64,000 bases of DNA from Antedon mediterranea (GCF_964355755.1 NC_092678.1:19919365-19983364), one strand, 5' to 3'. Counted from the stretch's first letter, positions 27,643-43,082 are shown. Notes: a model not told the origin generated them from the letters alone. Program-made: numbers and translations.

Positions 27643-27820
27643 CTGTATTTGTATGTAGATACTGTATTTGTATGTAGATACTGTATTTGTATGTAGATAC
27701 TGTATTTGTATGTAGATACTGTATTTGTATGTAGATACTGTATTTGTATGTAGATACTGTATTTGTATGTAGATACTGTATTTGTATGTAGATACTGTAT
27801 TTGTATGTAGATACTGTATT
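27643..27820 (+). repeat. 19 bp minisatellite (ctgtatttgtatgtagata) ~9 copies
   Basis: Direct tandem repeat read from the sequence. Confidence 0.95.
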
Positions 27821-28969
27821 TTCAGAAATTACATACGATATGTCGATATAAGAAGTCTTACTTTCTATTTCATTTCAATAATTTAACGATTTTTGCCTTT
27901 CAAAAGTGAGGGGGACAACCACTCACTAATCAAATTATCTACAACTCTGTGGATGCGTAAGATCGTATCTGTAAATTTGGGGATTTACTATTAGAACTTT
28001 TAATTGATGTCCACTTGTCTGTTGTTAGTAACATACCTTTTACGAGCTTATATCGAATATTCTTCTTATGGCATGAGAACATTTCCCGAATGATCTTAAT
28101 CGAAACGGTACTGAGTTTGGTCTTCTAGCGTCCCAGCCGCTCCCCCAAAAGTCATCCATTCAGAAGCACTGATGAACACAGTTTATCCGTGGTGGCTATG
28201 ATTGGTCCGGTCCCGGGACATGACTAATTATAATCATGCCCAGGAGCACTCTATAGAATTGCAATGAATTGTATGTCTGTATTAACTTAATGCTGTACTT
28301 TATTCTTTATTCTTACAACCAACAGTGCACGGGTTCATAATACAAATATATATTTAAAAACACAACGATAACATGTTTATAATAATACCGTTCAAAAAAC
28401 ATTTAAATTGCGAACCGCAACAGTTAAAAATACCTAAACAATTATTAGATTTATAATTATAAATCTTGAAACGAAGATTATGAACACATACATTAAATTA
28501 AATTAGATTAAGACATTTAAACAGAAAAAAAAATAAATAAAATAAAGTCCTGTTTTGCTTTTCTTTTAAATGGGGGAAACGATATATACTATATAACTAT
28601 AGATTTAATAGTTAATTAATTTTTGTAGACGATTTCAATAAATCGTATAAATTAATAATATAACACATAGGCCATGTTTCATTTTATACCTACACTTTCT
28701 TAAAATTATTTTTTTGTTTGTAAACATTAATGTTTAAAAAACAAACATTCTTTGTGCCGCACTTGGGGTATGCGTATGACATGTCGGTGCGCTTTGCATG
28801 ACGTCACACAATCACCATGGATAGAAATGTAAACGTACGCACGAAACAAAACCTCAAATGGCAACTAGCGACAGCTTGTGCCGGATGGCTGGTGAATAGC
28901 CCGATAAATATCGGTCGTTTTTCCAGTCTTTACAACCGTTTTCGGAAGTATTTTAATAAATTAATTGAT

Positions 28970-31900
28970 ATGCCTATTTCTCTTTGTTGTGGAATTAAAC
29001 TCCGCCTTCCCAAATGTTTACGTAGAACAAGAATAGGTAAGTTGATTACGTTACATTACAACATAGGCCTAGTCTGATTCTAACTTTAGGCAAGTTATCC
29101 TATCTAGGCACCATGCCTAATTTAGATTATATTACAATGATCTGCGCACTTAATTAGTAACTGGTGTTGTTTTCTTTACATTTTTGGTAGGCCTATGTAC
29201 ACTTTAAAAAGATAAGGTTAAAAGTATTAAAACTATGGGAAAATGGCATAATTATTGTTACAATAATGTTTGTTTATGTAACCGTAGTTACTGAACTTGT
29301 AGTGGTGCGTATAAAATGGTCGCGTAAAAGAGCATCAGCGCGGTCTTAGTAGTTGACCTCTCACGTCACGAGATCACAAAAAGCGGTGTGACGTATGTAA
29401 AACAATATTATTGCTCTGGGGGGCGTGGCCTGTATTATAATCACAATGCTATTGGTGTAAAGTTAGGCGCTTATTTACGTCATAAAATGAAAAAAAAATC
29501 GTGAGTGTGTGGGGTGTGTTTGTCGAGAGTCGGTGGTTGATCGGGGTCGGATCCGTGGACGTGGTAGTTTGTAGCCTACTAGCTTAGGCCTAGGCTAGCA
29601 GGCCTAGTACTAGTAGTAGAAGCAGTAGGCCTACTGGCCAAAACCTCAAAACATGCCTAGCTAGGCCTAGGTAGCGGTACTATCCTACTACAGTAGTACT
29701 ACTAGCCTAGTATAGGGTAGGCCTAGCTACTAGCCTAGCCTATAGAGGGCCTAGCTAGATAGAGGCTAGCCTAGCCTCAGCTCAGCAGGCCTAGCTAGTA
29801 GTAGGTCTAGACTCTCTAGGCCTAATGCCAGTGATCTAGGCCCTAGCTAGGCTAGCGTCTAGCCAGCTACACTAGCTTAGCCTCTCTATAGGTTTAGCCT
29901 AGGCTAGTAGGGTAGGTAGGCCTATCTAGTTAGTATATAGGCAGCCTAGCCCTATAGAGGCCTACTACTAGGCTAGGCCTTAGCCTAGTACTAGCTAGTA
30001 GAAGGCTAGCCTCTAGCTAGGCTAGGGCTAGGCCTACTATTATTAGTTTAATAGTTTAGTATTACGAGGCCTCTCACTAGGCGATCCTATACTAAGCTAC
30101 CCAAGAGTATAAGAGCCTACCTAGCTAGGAGGCCTGGCTAGTATTTTAGGCTGTGCCCTATCTAGCCTAGTTGATATCCCTTCCCAACCAACACTCTATC
30201 TTCACACATTGCAAGGCCGTAGCGAGAGGTTAAAATCAGACGAAGCAATATGCTTTTAATATAATTATATTATATAAAATATGAACTCAGCTTCTTAGTG
30301 GGCTGGGTTGTGAAATTTTCAGAGATAATTCGAGCGCCTCTTCTTCCTCATGCTAACTACGGCCCTGCATTGTTCATATTGGTATCTTTTTTTGTAGTTG
30401 TAGCAGTCTTACCAGCAGGACCCCCAGCCCCAGTAGTAGCAGCAGCAACAGGAGATGAAGAAGATGAATCCTATAGACCAATAGATGGAAGTTCGAACAA
30501 TCAATCATCATCTTCACCTGCTGCAGGTAGGCCAGCCTTGCATAATAGCCTATCATTTACTATTTTCCTTAGGACACCACAGATTTGTATATAGGGTATG
30601 CTGTTTACTTTAGAATTAAAGATTAATTTGAAAAACTTTTATCACAGTCAACTCACTCACTCCTGGCCTGAATGACTTATTACAACTAACAAGCGCAAAA
30701 CATCTGCGATTGACACTAAAACTAGACACGTCCACCTGCCAGACATCGCAACTTGCAGTCAAGAGCACCAATGACGAAGATGTGCAACTCAAAAAGCGTG
30801 CAGCTACATTTGTACAAGATGTCCTAGCCACTGCAGTTGCAAAATGCCAAGCCATAGAACAAGACGATAACAACACTGACCGTAAGAACATACACTACCT
30901 TTATGCCTAAGCCAATTGATAGGCCTACCACTAGCATAAATAGATATCGAAATAATTTTCTTATTTTGTTTTTAGATAAAGAATTTGATGATGAATAATT
31001 GTTATTTGAATTTTTTTTAAATAAAGTCTTTTTTTTATCTTAATCATAAAAGAATTGTATAATAATTGATTATAATTTTTGACATATCAAAATAATTGTA
31101 ATAATATCTCTATAGACAAGGCACCTGAAGCACAGCAGCCAGCTGAAACCTCCACCTCTGATGAGGATGTCGAGCTTGACAATCTGGCAACAAATCTTGT
31201 GGAAGAAACTTTGTCAATAGTAATGGCAGAACACCTGGCCACTGTTCATGACAATGAAGCACATCATCCAACTGCAGGTAGGCCAGCCTTGCATAATAGC
31301 TTATCATTTAATATTTTCTTTAGGACATCCCACATGATTTGTTTTAGTGTATATTAGTATGCTGTTGGAATATATTACTTTAGAATTAAAGTTTAATTTG
31401 AAAAAAACTTTTATCACAGGTAACTCACTCACTCTTGGCCTGAATGATTCATTACAACTAACAAGCGCAAAACATCTGCGATCGACACAAAAACTAGACA
31501 CGTCCACCTGCCAGACATCGCAACTTGCAGTCAAGAGCATCAATGACGAAGATATGGAAATCAAACAGCGTGCAGCTACCTTTGTGCAAGATGTCCTAGC
31601 CACTGCAGTTGCAAAATGCCAAGCCATAGAACAAGACGAGAACAACACTGACCGTAAGAACATACACTACCATCATGCCTAAGCCAATTAATAGGCCTAC
31701 CACTAGCATAAATAGATATCGAAAAGTAGTTCAAGCCATCAAAGGTGGAGCATGTGTACCTAAAGCCAACCTCTCCCCAACACCCATCACAGTCCACCTC
31801 GCTAAATAAACCAATCAATCTCTCATCTTTTTTTTATAATTAGTTAAATTCTTGTTCACATTTATATTTATATTTGTTCTCAGAAATGAAGGACAAAATA

Positions 31901-34900
31901 TATAGCTCATGTTTTTCTCTTTCCTTTTCATCTCTTAATTTAATTTTCTTGTTTTGTTTTTAGATAAAGAATTTGATGATGAATAACGGTTATTTGAATT
32001 TTTTTTTAAATAAAGTCATTTTTTTTTATCTTAATCATTTAACAGAATTGTATAATAATTGATTATAATTTTTGACATATCAAAATAATTGTAATAATAT
32101 CTCTATAGAAAAGGCAACTGAAGCACAGCAGCCAGCTGAAACCTCCACCTCTGATGAGGATGTCGAGCTTGACAATCTGGCCACAAGTCTTGTGGAAGAA
32201 ACTTTGTCAGTAGTAATGGCAGAACAACTGGCAACTGTTCATAACAATAAAGCACATTATCCAACTGCAGGTAGGCCAGGCTTGCATAATAGGTTATCAT
32301 TTAATATTTTCTTTAGGACATCCCACATGATTTGTTTTAGTGTATATTAGTATGCTGTTGGAATATATTACTTTAGAATTAAAGTTTAATTTGAAAAAAC
32401 TTTTATCACAGGCAACTCACTCACTCTTGGCCTGAATGATTCATTACAACTAACAAGCACAAAACATCTGCGATCGTCACAAAAACTAGACACGTCCACC
32501 TGCCAGACATCTCAACTTGCAGTCAAGAGCATCAATGACGAAGATGTGCAACTCAAAAAGCGTGCAGCTTCATTTGTACAAGATGTCCTAGCCACTGCAG
32601 TTGCAAAATGCCAAGCCATAGAACAAGACGAGAACAACACTGACCGTAAGAACATACACTACCATCATGCCTAAGCCAATTAATAGGCCTACCACTAGCA
32701 TAAATAGATATCGAAAAGTAGTTCAAGCCATCAAAGGTGGAGCATGTGTACCTAAAGACAACCTCTCCCTAACACCCACCCCAGTCCACCTCGCTAAATA
32801 AACCAATCAATCTCTCATCTTTTTTTTTATAATTGATTAAATTCTTGTTCACATTTATATTTAGATTTCTTCTCAGAATTGAAGGACAAAATATATAGCT
32901 CATGTTTTTCTGTTTCCTTTACATCTCTTAATTTAATTTTCTTTGTTTGTTTTTAGATAAAGAATTTGATGATGAATAACGGTTATTTGAATTTTTTTTT
33001 AAATAAAGTCATTTTTTTTTATCTTAATCATTTAACAGAATTGTATAATAATTGATTATAATTTTTAACATATCAAAATAATTGTAATAATATCTCTATA
33101 GACAAGGCAACTGAAGCACAGCAGCCAGCTGAAACCTCCACCTCTGATGAGGATGTCGAGCTTGACAATCTGGCAACAAGTCTTGTGGAAGAACCTTTGT
33201 CAATAGTAATGGCAGAACACCTGGCCACTGTTCATAACAATGAAGCACATCATCCAACTGCAGGTAGGCCAGCCTTGCATAATAGCTTATCATTTAATAT
33301 TTTCTTTAGGACATCCCACATGATTTGTTTTAGTGTATATTAGTATGCTGTTGGAATATATTACTTTATAATTAAAGTTTAATTTGAAAAAACTTTTATC
33401 ACAGTCAACTCACTCACTCCTGGCCTGAATGACTCATTACAACTAACAAGCGCAAAACATCTGCGATCGACACAAAAACTAGACACGTCCACATGCCAGA
33501 CATCGCAACTTGCAGTGAAGAGCATCAATGACGAAGATATGCAAGTCGAACAGCGTGCAGCTACCTTTGTGCAAGATGTCCTAGCCACTGCAGTTGCAAA
33601 ATGCCAAGCCATAGAACAAGACGAGAACAACACTGACCGTAAGAACATACACTACCATCATGCCTAAGCCAATTAATAGGCCTACCACTAGCATAAATAG
33701 ATATCGAAAAGTAGTTCAAGCCATCAAAGGTGGAGCATGTGTACCTAAAGCCAACCTCTCCCCAACACCCATCACAGTCCACCTCGCTAAATAAACCAAT
33801 CTCTCATCTTTTTTTTATAATTGGTTAAATTCTTGTTCACATTTATATTTAGATTTTTTCTCAGAATTGAAGGACAAAATATATAGCTCATGTTTTTCTG
33901 TTTTATTTTCATCTCTTAATTTAATTTTCTTGTTTTGTTTTTAGATAAAGAATTTGATGATGAATAACGGTTATTTAAATTTTTTTTAAATAAAGTCATT
34001 TTTTTTTATCATCTTAATCATAAAAGAATTATATAATAATTGATTATAATTTTGACATATCAAAATAATTGTAATAATATCTCTATAGACAAGGCAACTG
34101 AAGCACAGCAGCCAGCTGAAACCTCCACCTCTGATGAGGATGTCGAGCTTGACAATCTGGCCACAAGTCTTGTGGAAGAAACTTTGTCAGTAGTAATGGC
34201 AGAACAACTGGCCACTGTTCATAACAATGAAGCACATCACCCAACTGCAGGTAGGCCAGCCTTGCATAATAGCTTATCATTTAATATTTTCTTTAGGACA
34301 TCCCACATGATTTGTTTTAGTGTATATTAGTATGCTGTTGGAATATATTACTTTAGAATTAAAGTTTAATTTGAAAAAACTTTTATCACAGGCAACTCAC
34401 TCACTCTTGGCCTGAATGATTCATTACAACTAACAAGCGCAAAACATCTGCGATCGTCACAAAAACTAGACACGTCCACCTGCCAGACATCTCAACTTGC
34501 AGTCAAGAGCACCAATGACGAAGATGTGCAACTCAAAAAGCGTGCAGCTACATTTGTACAAGATGTCCTAGCCACTGCAGTTGCAAAATGCCAAGCCATA
34601 GAACAAGACGAGAACAACACTGACCGTAAGAACATACACTACCATCATGCCTAAGCCAATTAATAGGCCTACCACTAGCATAAATAGATATCGAAAAGTA
34701 GTTCAAGCCATCAAAGGTGGAGCATGTGTACCTAAAGCCAACCTCTCCGCAACACCCACCCCAATCCACCTCGCTAAATAAACCAGTCAATCTCTCATCT
34801 TTTTTTTTATAATTGATTAAATTCTTGTTCACATTTATATTTAGATTTCTTCTCAGAATTGAAGGACAAAATATATAGCTCATGTTTTTCTGTTTCCTTT

Positions 34901-37900
34901 TCATCTCTTAATTTAATTTTCTTGTTTTGTTTTTAGATAAAGAATTTGATGATGAATAGCGGTTATTTAAATTTTTTTTAAATAAAGTCATTTTTTTTTA
35001 TCTTAATCATAAAAGAATTGTATAATAATTGATTATAATTTTAGACATATCAAAATAATTGTAATAATATCTCTATAGACAAGGCAACTGAAGCACAGCA
35101 GCCAGCTGAAACCTCCACCTCTGATGAGGATGTCGAGCTTGACAATCTGGCAACAAGTCTTGTGGAAGAAACTTTGTCAATAGTAATGGCAGAACACCTG
35201 GCCACTGTTCATGACAATGAAGCACATCATCCAACTGCAGGTAGGCCAGCCTTGCATAATAGCTTATCATTTAATATTTTCTTCAGAACATCCCACATGA
35301 TTTGTTTTAGTGTATATTAGTATGCTGTTGGAATATATTACTTTAGAATTAAAGTTTAATTTGAAAAAACTTTTATCACAGGCAACTCACTCACTCTTGG
35401 CCTTAATGGCTCATTACAATTAACAAGCGCAAAACATCTGCGATCGTCACAAAAACTAGACACGTCCACCTGCCAGACATCACAACTTGCAGTCATGAGC
35501 ACCATTGATGAAGATGTGCATCTCAAACAGCGGGCAGCTACCTTTGTACAAGATGTCCTATCAACTGCAGTTGCAAAATGTCAAGCCATAGAGCAAGACG
35601 AGAACAACACTGACCGTAAGAACATACACTACCTTTATGCCTAAGCCAATTGATAGGCGGCCTAACCAACCGATTTCCTAAACTGTTATATTTATTAACA
35701 ATTAGAAATCTATATTATAACATATCAATAACCCAATTTGTTTTTGCTCTCCCCCTCCTCCTAGACCTCACAACCTATACTTGTACAGATCGATGGTCAG
35801 AATATGGAGACACTTTCTTCAGATTGAAAGGAAATACTATGGCAGGTGGCCACTTTGTAAGTAACTCATAGACCCTGCCCCACAAAAACATGTACAAAGG
35901 CAGTGGCATGTGCCTCTTTCAATGTACGCAGTTTAATGAATGTCAAAAAAGAGGAAAACAAATTCTGCTTCCCAAAAATAATTTTTTCCCAATCAAAAAC
36001 AAAAACCAGAAAAAGAAAATTTAAGCAAAATAAAGACGATCTAGGCTACCAAACAACAGGACACTGACCTTCACTACATAAAACGTTATTATGCGGATGC
36101 TATACGATTATGCCCAACCCCACATTAGGCGACTGGTAGTACCACGTTACCATCCATAGTCCATATTATTTTTTTTTTTTTACTATGTTTGAATTTTTTA
36201 TAGGCATCAGATTGCAAAAGCATCCAGGAACAGAATGACGAAATGGATGAAGCATTTTATAAGTATGGAGTGGAAAGTGATTATGACTGGATAGACATGG
36301 GACCTTCAGACCCAAGCGATGAAGAACCAGATGCCTGGGTGAGGCAGAGAGCTATCGCCCAGAGATTAGCAGCCAAGGCTGCAAGGAGATCTTTGAATAT
36401 TAACACTGGTAAGCCAACTGAAGCCTCCATCTGTGATGATGATGAGGAGCTGAACAATCATCCAACTGCAGGTAGGTCAGCCTTGCATAATAGCTTATCA
36501 TTTAATATTTTCTTTAGGACATCCCACATGATTTGTTTTAGTGTATATTAGTATGCTGTTGGAATATATTACTTTATAATTAAAGTTTAATTTGAAAAAA
36601 CTTTTATCACAGTCAACTCACTCACTCCTGGCCTGAATGACTCATTACAACTAACAAGCGCAAAACATCTGCGATCGACACTAAAACTAGACACGTCCAC
36701 CTGCCAGACATCACAACTTGCAGTCATGAGCACCATTGATGAAGATGTGCATCTCAAACAGCAGGCAGCTACCTTTGTACAAGATGTCCTATCAACTGCA
36801 GTTGCAAAATGTCAAGACGAGAACAACACTGACCGTAAGAACATACACTATCATCAATTGATAACATACAGTATTTATTTGTAGATATCTAAAAGAAGTT
36901 TTAAGCTGTAAAAAAGGAGTGTGTGTACCTAAAGCCAACCTCTCTCCCAACACCCACCCAGTTAAATAGACAAATCAATTTTTCATCTTTTTTTTTTTTT
37001 TAAATAAATTCTTGTTTACATTTGTTCATTCTAATTTTTGAACGAGACAGTATATTAAGCTCATCTTTTTCTGTTTTCTTTTCATCTCTTAATTTCCTTT
37101 TCATGCTTTGTTTTTCGACGAAAAATGTTATGATGAATAAAGAACATTTGAATAAAAAAAAGATAAATATTCATGATTTGTTGTTATAATTGTTATTATT
37201 ATTGTATAATTTTTAGAATATTAATTAATTGTAATAATTATCAAACAAATTTCTCTATAGACAAGGCAACTGAAGCCCAGCAGAAAACTGCAGCACAGCA
37301 GACAACTGCAGAAAAACAAACAACTGCAGCCTCCATCTCTGAGGAGGATGAGGAGCTCGACAAGCTTTCAAATTCTGTTGTTCAAGATGTTTTGTCAAAG
37401 GTCGCAGAAAATCTTGCCACCGCCAACCTGCTAACTGAAAAACAGCAGACAACTGATGCCCAGCAGCCACCTGAATCAGCCTACACGGATACAGTAGAGA
37501 AAGATCAGAGGAAAGGTACAATATGATTTTTCATTCATTTGAATTTTCATTTAAGCCTAACCAATCATTTCCTATACTGTTATATTTTTTAACAATTTGA
37601 TATCTATATTATAACATATCAGTAACTGAATTTGCTTTTACCCTGCCCTAGATCTCACAACCAATACTTGCACAGAATATGGAGACCCTTTCTTCGGAAT
37701 CAAAGGAGATACTGCTAAGGCAGGTGGACAATTTGTAAGTAACTCATAGACCTCACAAAAACAGGTACACAACAAGCAGTGGCATGAGCCTATTTCAATG
37801 TACTTAATTTACTGAATGTGAAAAGAGTGAAAAAATAATTCGGCTTCCCAAAAATAATTTAAAAATAAAGAAGATCTAGGCTATCAAACAACAGGACACT

Positions 37901-38525
37901 GACCATCCTTACATAAAACGTTATGTGCGGATGCGATATGATTATGCCCCACCCCACAACATTTCATTAGAGTCTATGTGACTGGTAGTACCAAAACGGT
38001 ACCATCCATAATCCGTATTATTTTATTTTTTTTATTTACTATGTTTTAATTTTTTATAGGCATCAGATTGCAAAAGCATCCAGGAACAGAATGACGAAAT
38101 GGATGAAGCATTTTATAAGTATGAAGTGGAAAGTGATTATGACTGGATAGACATGGGACCTACAGACCCAAGCGACGAAGAACCAGATGCCTGGGTGAGG
38201 CAGAGAGCTATTGCCCAAAGATTAGCAGCTAAGGCTGCTATGAAATCATCGAATTTTAACCCTGGTAAGTTTATTTTTATTTTTAAAAGCTGATTTGTTT
38301 GTCTACGCTTTACAAATTCTTCCCTATTAGTAGGGCCTCATGAGTACTAAAAATATTCATTCATTTTAATGTTTAGACCAACACGAGCTACAAGACGTCG
38401 ACAATGATGAGGAAACAAATTGCCGACCAATAGTAGTTGACATGACATCACTGGCTGACATGACAGCAGATGATGATCCAAACTTAACCTATCATGATGC
38501 TACGATAGACCAATACAATTACTGA
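28970..38525 (+). CDS. Copy 3 of the repeat-protein gene (~1227 aa predicted; 13 helix exons)
   Basis: Same exon order as copy 2. Exon C (from 37261) has an in-frame 18-nt insertion. Terminal exon ends TAC TGA at 38525. Confidence 0.8.
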
Positions 38526-39080
38526 ATACTTTAATCATATTTACAATGGACTAATTATAATCATTTCAATATTAATTTTTACGATAAGGATACATTATTT
38601 GATATGTTTTTTTTATGAATTTTACAGTTGTGCAATAATAAATGATAATTTGATATATATTGTAAACTTTGTTTTTAATTTTATTTATTTCTCTTTCGGG
38701 CTTTTGATTTTAATATAGTTAATGAAATCTTTTTACTTTCCTACATTGAAGTACTTTCTATTATAATAATTATAAATAAGAAATTTCACCTAATTAACAC
38801 ATAAAGTACTACAAATCATTATTGTCAATTCTGTATGATTTTAATTGGTTCTATATTAATTATATCCTTATTCTCATATAAAACAAAAAATCAATAAAAC
38901 CGCTAAACTCAGTTTTTAAATAATTTTGATAATTTAATAAATAAACTTTTTGAATACTAGTATTGTAAGATGAAATGACAGAAATGTTAAAATTATTGAG
39001 AGAATTTAAAATATTAATTAATTCAGGCTTCTCTGATTATTGTTAAAAAAACAAAAAATAACACTCTGACAACATAAAAT

Positions 39081-39116
39081 CAGAGCCATATATAAAATTA
39101 TATATATATGGCTCTG
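39081..39116. mobile_element. 36 bp palindromic insertion with an 8 bp target-site duplication, unique to copy 3
   Basis: cataaaat [cagagccatatata-aaattata-tatatatggctctg] cataaaat. Other copies have a single cataaaat (e.g. 13311-13318). Confidence 0.75.
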
Positions 39117-39836
39117 CATAAAATAGTTAAACAGCGCCATCTATTTTTAACGGTCGATAAACTTTTTAACAGCAGTTAGGCCCAACATTCGGTTCACGAT
39201 GTGAGGACATAGTTACCATTTCTGGCATTATTATTATTATTATTTTATTTTTCTTTTATTAGGTGATATTTTATAATAAAAAGATCACTTATTGTTATTG
39301 TATGAAAATATTATTATTGTTTTACTTTATTTTTAGTCGCGTTCAACGGTCGGTCGGTTGGTCGGTAAATACTAACTTGAGCACACGACTGCAACCATGT
39401 ATATGGACTTGTTTCTTATTTTTACTATTTCAAAGACTTATTTTTTCACCAAAACACTTGGCGTTTGTCCATCCATAGTCGTCAGTTCTTGCACTTTTTT
39501 TAAATACCTTTTTGACAAAATTCTCCGGCCCAATTTCCACATTTAAATTAGTTTATTTTTGCACAGTGACAACATCGTCGCAGATCCGTTTTTAATAGTG
39601 GGTGAAGGGACGTATAAAATGAAATACTTTGCGAGCGAACCAAGGGCCCGGGGTCGGGGACCAGGGGGATGGGGGAAAGCCCACTGAAAGCTCGGCTCTT
39701 TGAGTAATTTATAGATCGTTTCAATCGATTTCTGAACACATAAAAATTCCACCCAGAAGAATACAATTAGGTTACGCATTTTTAAAGCACTGGTCCTGAT
39801 GCCCCACTGGGTATATATTCACACAAAATATATAAT

Positions 39837-40205
39837 CTGTATTTGTATGTAGATACTGTATTTGTATGTAGATACTGTATTTGTATGTAGATACTGTATT
39901 TGTATGTAGATACTGTATTTGTATGTAGATACTGTATTTGTATGTAGATACTGTATTTGTATGTAGATACTGTATTTGTATGTAGATACTGTATTTGTAT
40001 GTAGATACTGTATTTCTATGTAGATACTGTATTTGTATGTAGATACTGTATTTGTATGTAGATACTGTATTTGTATGTAGATACTGTATTTGTATGTAGA
40101 TACTGTATTTGTATGTAGATACTGTATTTGTATGTAGATACTGTATTTGTATGTAGATACTGTATTTGTATGTAGATACTGTATTTGTATGTAGATACTG
40201 TATTT
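39837..40205 (+). repeat. 19 bp minisatellite (ctgtatttgtatgtagata) ~19 copies
   Basis: Direct tandem repeat. Only a single unit lies at the homologous sites ~13827 and ~51688. Confidence 0.95.
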
Positions 40206-40859
40206 TCAGAAATTACATACGATATGTCGATATAAGAAGTCTTACTTTCTATTTCATTTCAATAATTTAATGATTTTGCCTTTCAAAAGTGAGGGGGACA
40301 ATCACTCACTAATCAAATTATCTACAACTCCGTGGATGCGTAAGATCGTATCTGTAAATTTGGGGATTTACTATTAGAACTTTTAATTGATGTCCCCTTG
40401 TCTGTTGTTAGTAACATACCTTTTACGAGCTTTTATAGAATATTCTTCTTATGGCATGAGAAAATTTCCCGAATGATCTTAATCGAAACGGTACTGAGTT
40501 TGGTCTTCTAGCGTCCCAGCCGCTCCCCCAAAAGTCATCCATTCAGAAGCACTGATGAACACAGTTTATCCGTGGTGGCTATGAGTGGTCCGGTCACGTC
40601 CCGGGACATGACTAATTATAATCACTATAATATCACTATAATTATAATCGCTTCGCTCGCGTACCATCTAGATCGTGCCCATAGATGGTTCTCGAATACA
40701 TAGTAATTTCAGCGTTAAAAAATTGGCGACTTCAAATGTACATGCAAGACAATTAAATCGGTGATTTATGTACTCAACTAAAATTAGCATCCTGGGAATT
40801 ACTTCCGAAAGAGAAACTTGTCACAAAATAAGACCAATTGTTTTGAAACAAACTAAATG

Positions 40860-41119
40860 TGTGTTTTGTATGCAACATGAGAGTTGAGGGATGGGGAAGA
40901 GGATGGGTGCAAAGACGAACAATTTGTGTTTTGTATGCAACATGAGGGTTGAGGGATGGGGAAGAGGATGGGTGCAAAGACGAACAATTTGTGTTTTGTA
41001 TGCAACATGAGGGTTGAGGGATGGGGAAGAGGATGGGTGCAAAGACGAACAATTTGTGTTTTGTATGCAACATGAGGGTTTAGGGATGGGGAAGAGGATG
41101 GGTGCAAAGACGAACAATT
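40860..41119 (+). repeat. 65 bp minisatellite x4 (spacer 3 copy)
   Basis: Same unit as 14683-14942. Confidence 0.95.
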
Positions 41120-43082
41120 TTTAAATTTTTTTTTTTATCCATTTAGTAACGAAATATCAATTGTTTTCATGTTTTACAAATAATATACCACTAAACCATG
41201 GAGGTATTTATACCTCCATGACTAAACACAGTAAAACATTGCTATTTTTAAATATTAAGTATTAAATATAAGTATTAAAATACTTTGTTAAAACTGTCAC
41301 CGTATAGTCGATTGAAATAGTACAGTACATGTAACGATACATCACTTATACGACGTTTATATTTTTTTTGTACAGTAATTAGATTATTAATTAATATTAA
41401 CGTTCAGAAGGAACTGTCAGTAATAAAGTAAACATCTCTATTCGGGGAAAATCGTAAGTTCGCTTTAATCGTCAATAAATAATTATCTAACTTAACTTAA
41501 TTAGTAGGTCTAATGGTTTTGAATTGTTTCTTAGATTAGAGCCAATTCATATTTAAGTTGGTTTCTAACCACCAAAGTTGTTCTGCGTTTAGGGCATGTG
41601 ATCCTTCATACCGTACCACAGGCCTATCCCCTAATGGCTTTACAATGTTACTTATGCCAGTGAGTGGGAGGGTGGTGGTGTGGGTGGTGGTGGTTTAACT
41701 GCAATAATAAAGATGATTGTACATAATAGATGGCGACTGGAAAGGCTAGCTCATTATCCGTTAAAAAAAATACCTATATCCAACCTCTGCAGCACAGATT
41801 GGATAAAATGGATCGAATTTCTGTTATGGCTGTACAGTACTTGTCTTTACGACGCCTGAGGGAATAGACACTTGTGGAACAGAGATTGGAATGTTCCATT
41901 TATCGCAAAACAGTTGTATAAATGTATATTAAATCTATCAAAGTAGTATTTTTTAAAAAAAATCGGTCTGTCTTCAACATTATGATGCTGTACTCGAGCT
42001 GTTCAACCAGTTTTCAGCTATTAAAAACCATTATCGTATTAGGGGATAGGAAAATGCGAAGCATCCTCGTATTATTGTGTGCGGGTATTTTTCAAGATGG
42101 ACATCCATTAGACAGTGTATACCACGATCGAAAAACACCCCCTATTTGGGGCAAATCGTTGAACTTAAATTCGTTTTAATCGTCAATAACTAATTATCAA
42201 ACTCAATTTAATTAGTAAACTGGGTTACATCAGGCGGTTAAAATCAGTACCGAAAGTACGAACCAACTTTATATACCATCGAGTAAACATTCTAGAAATA
42301 ACGCGCGATTTACCGAATTTTGCCCTTACGTAAATTTATATATAGATGCCCGGGAGCACTCTATAGAATTGCAATGAATTGTGTGTTTGTATTAACTTAA
42401 TGCTGTACTGTATTCTTTATTCTTACAACCAACAGTGCACGGGTTCATAATACAAATACATATTTAAAAACACAACGATAACATGTTTATAATAATACCG
42501 TTCAAAAAACATTTAAATTGCGAACCGCAACAGTTAAAAATACCTAAACAATTATTAGATTTATAATTATGAATCTTGAAACGAAGATTATGAACACAGA
42601 CATTAAATTAAATTAGATTAAGACATTTAAACAGAAAAAAAAAAATAAAAAAAATAAAGTCCTGTTTTGCTTTTCTTTTAAATGGGGGAAACGATATATA
42701 CTATATAACTATAGATTTAATAATTCAATAACTTTGTAGACGATTTCAATAAATCGTATAAATTAATAATATAACACAAATAGGCCATGTTTCATTTTAT
42801 ACCTACACTTTCTTAAAATAATTTTTTTGTTTGTAAACATTAATGTTTAAAAAACAAATATTCTTTGTGCCGCACTTGGGGTATGCGTATGACATGTCGG
42901 TGCGCTTTGCATGACGTCACACAATCACCATGGATAGAAATGTAAACGTACGCACGAAACAAAACCTCAAATGGCAACTAGCGACAGCTTGTGCCGGATG
43001 GCTGGTGAATAGCCCGATAAATATCGGTCGTTTTTCCAGTCTTTACAACCGTTTTCGGAAGTATTTTAATAAATTAATTGAT

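Noticed and set aside
27643-27820. Short direct repeats as a possible CRISPR array
   Set aside because: No unique spacers, eukaryotic context and no cas genes.
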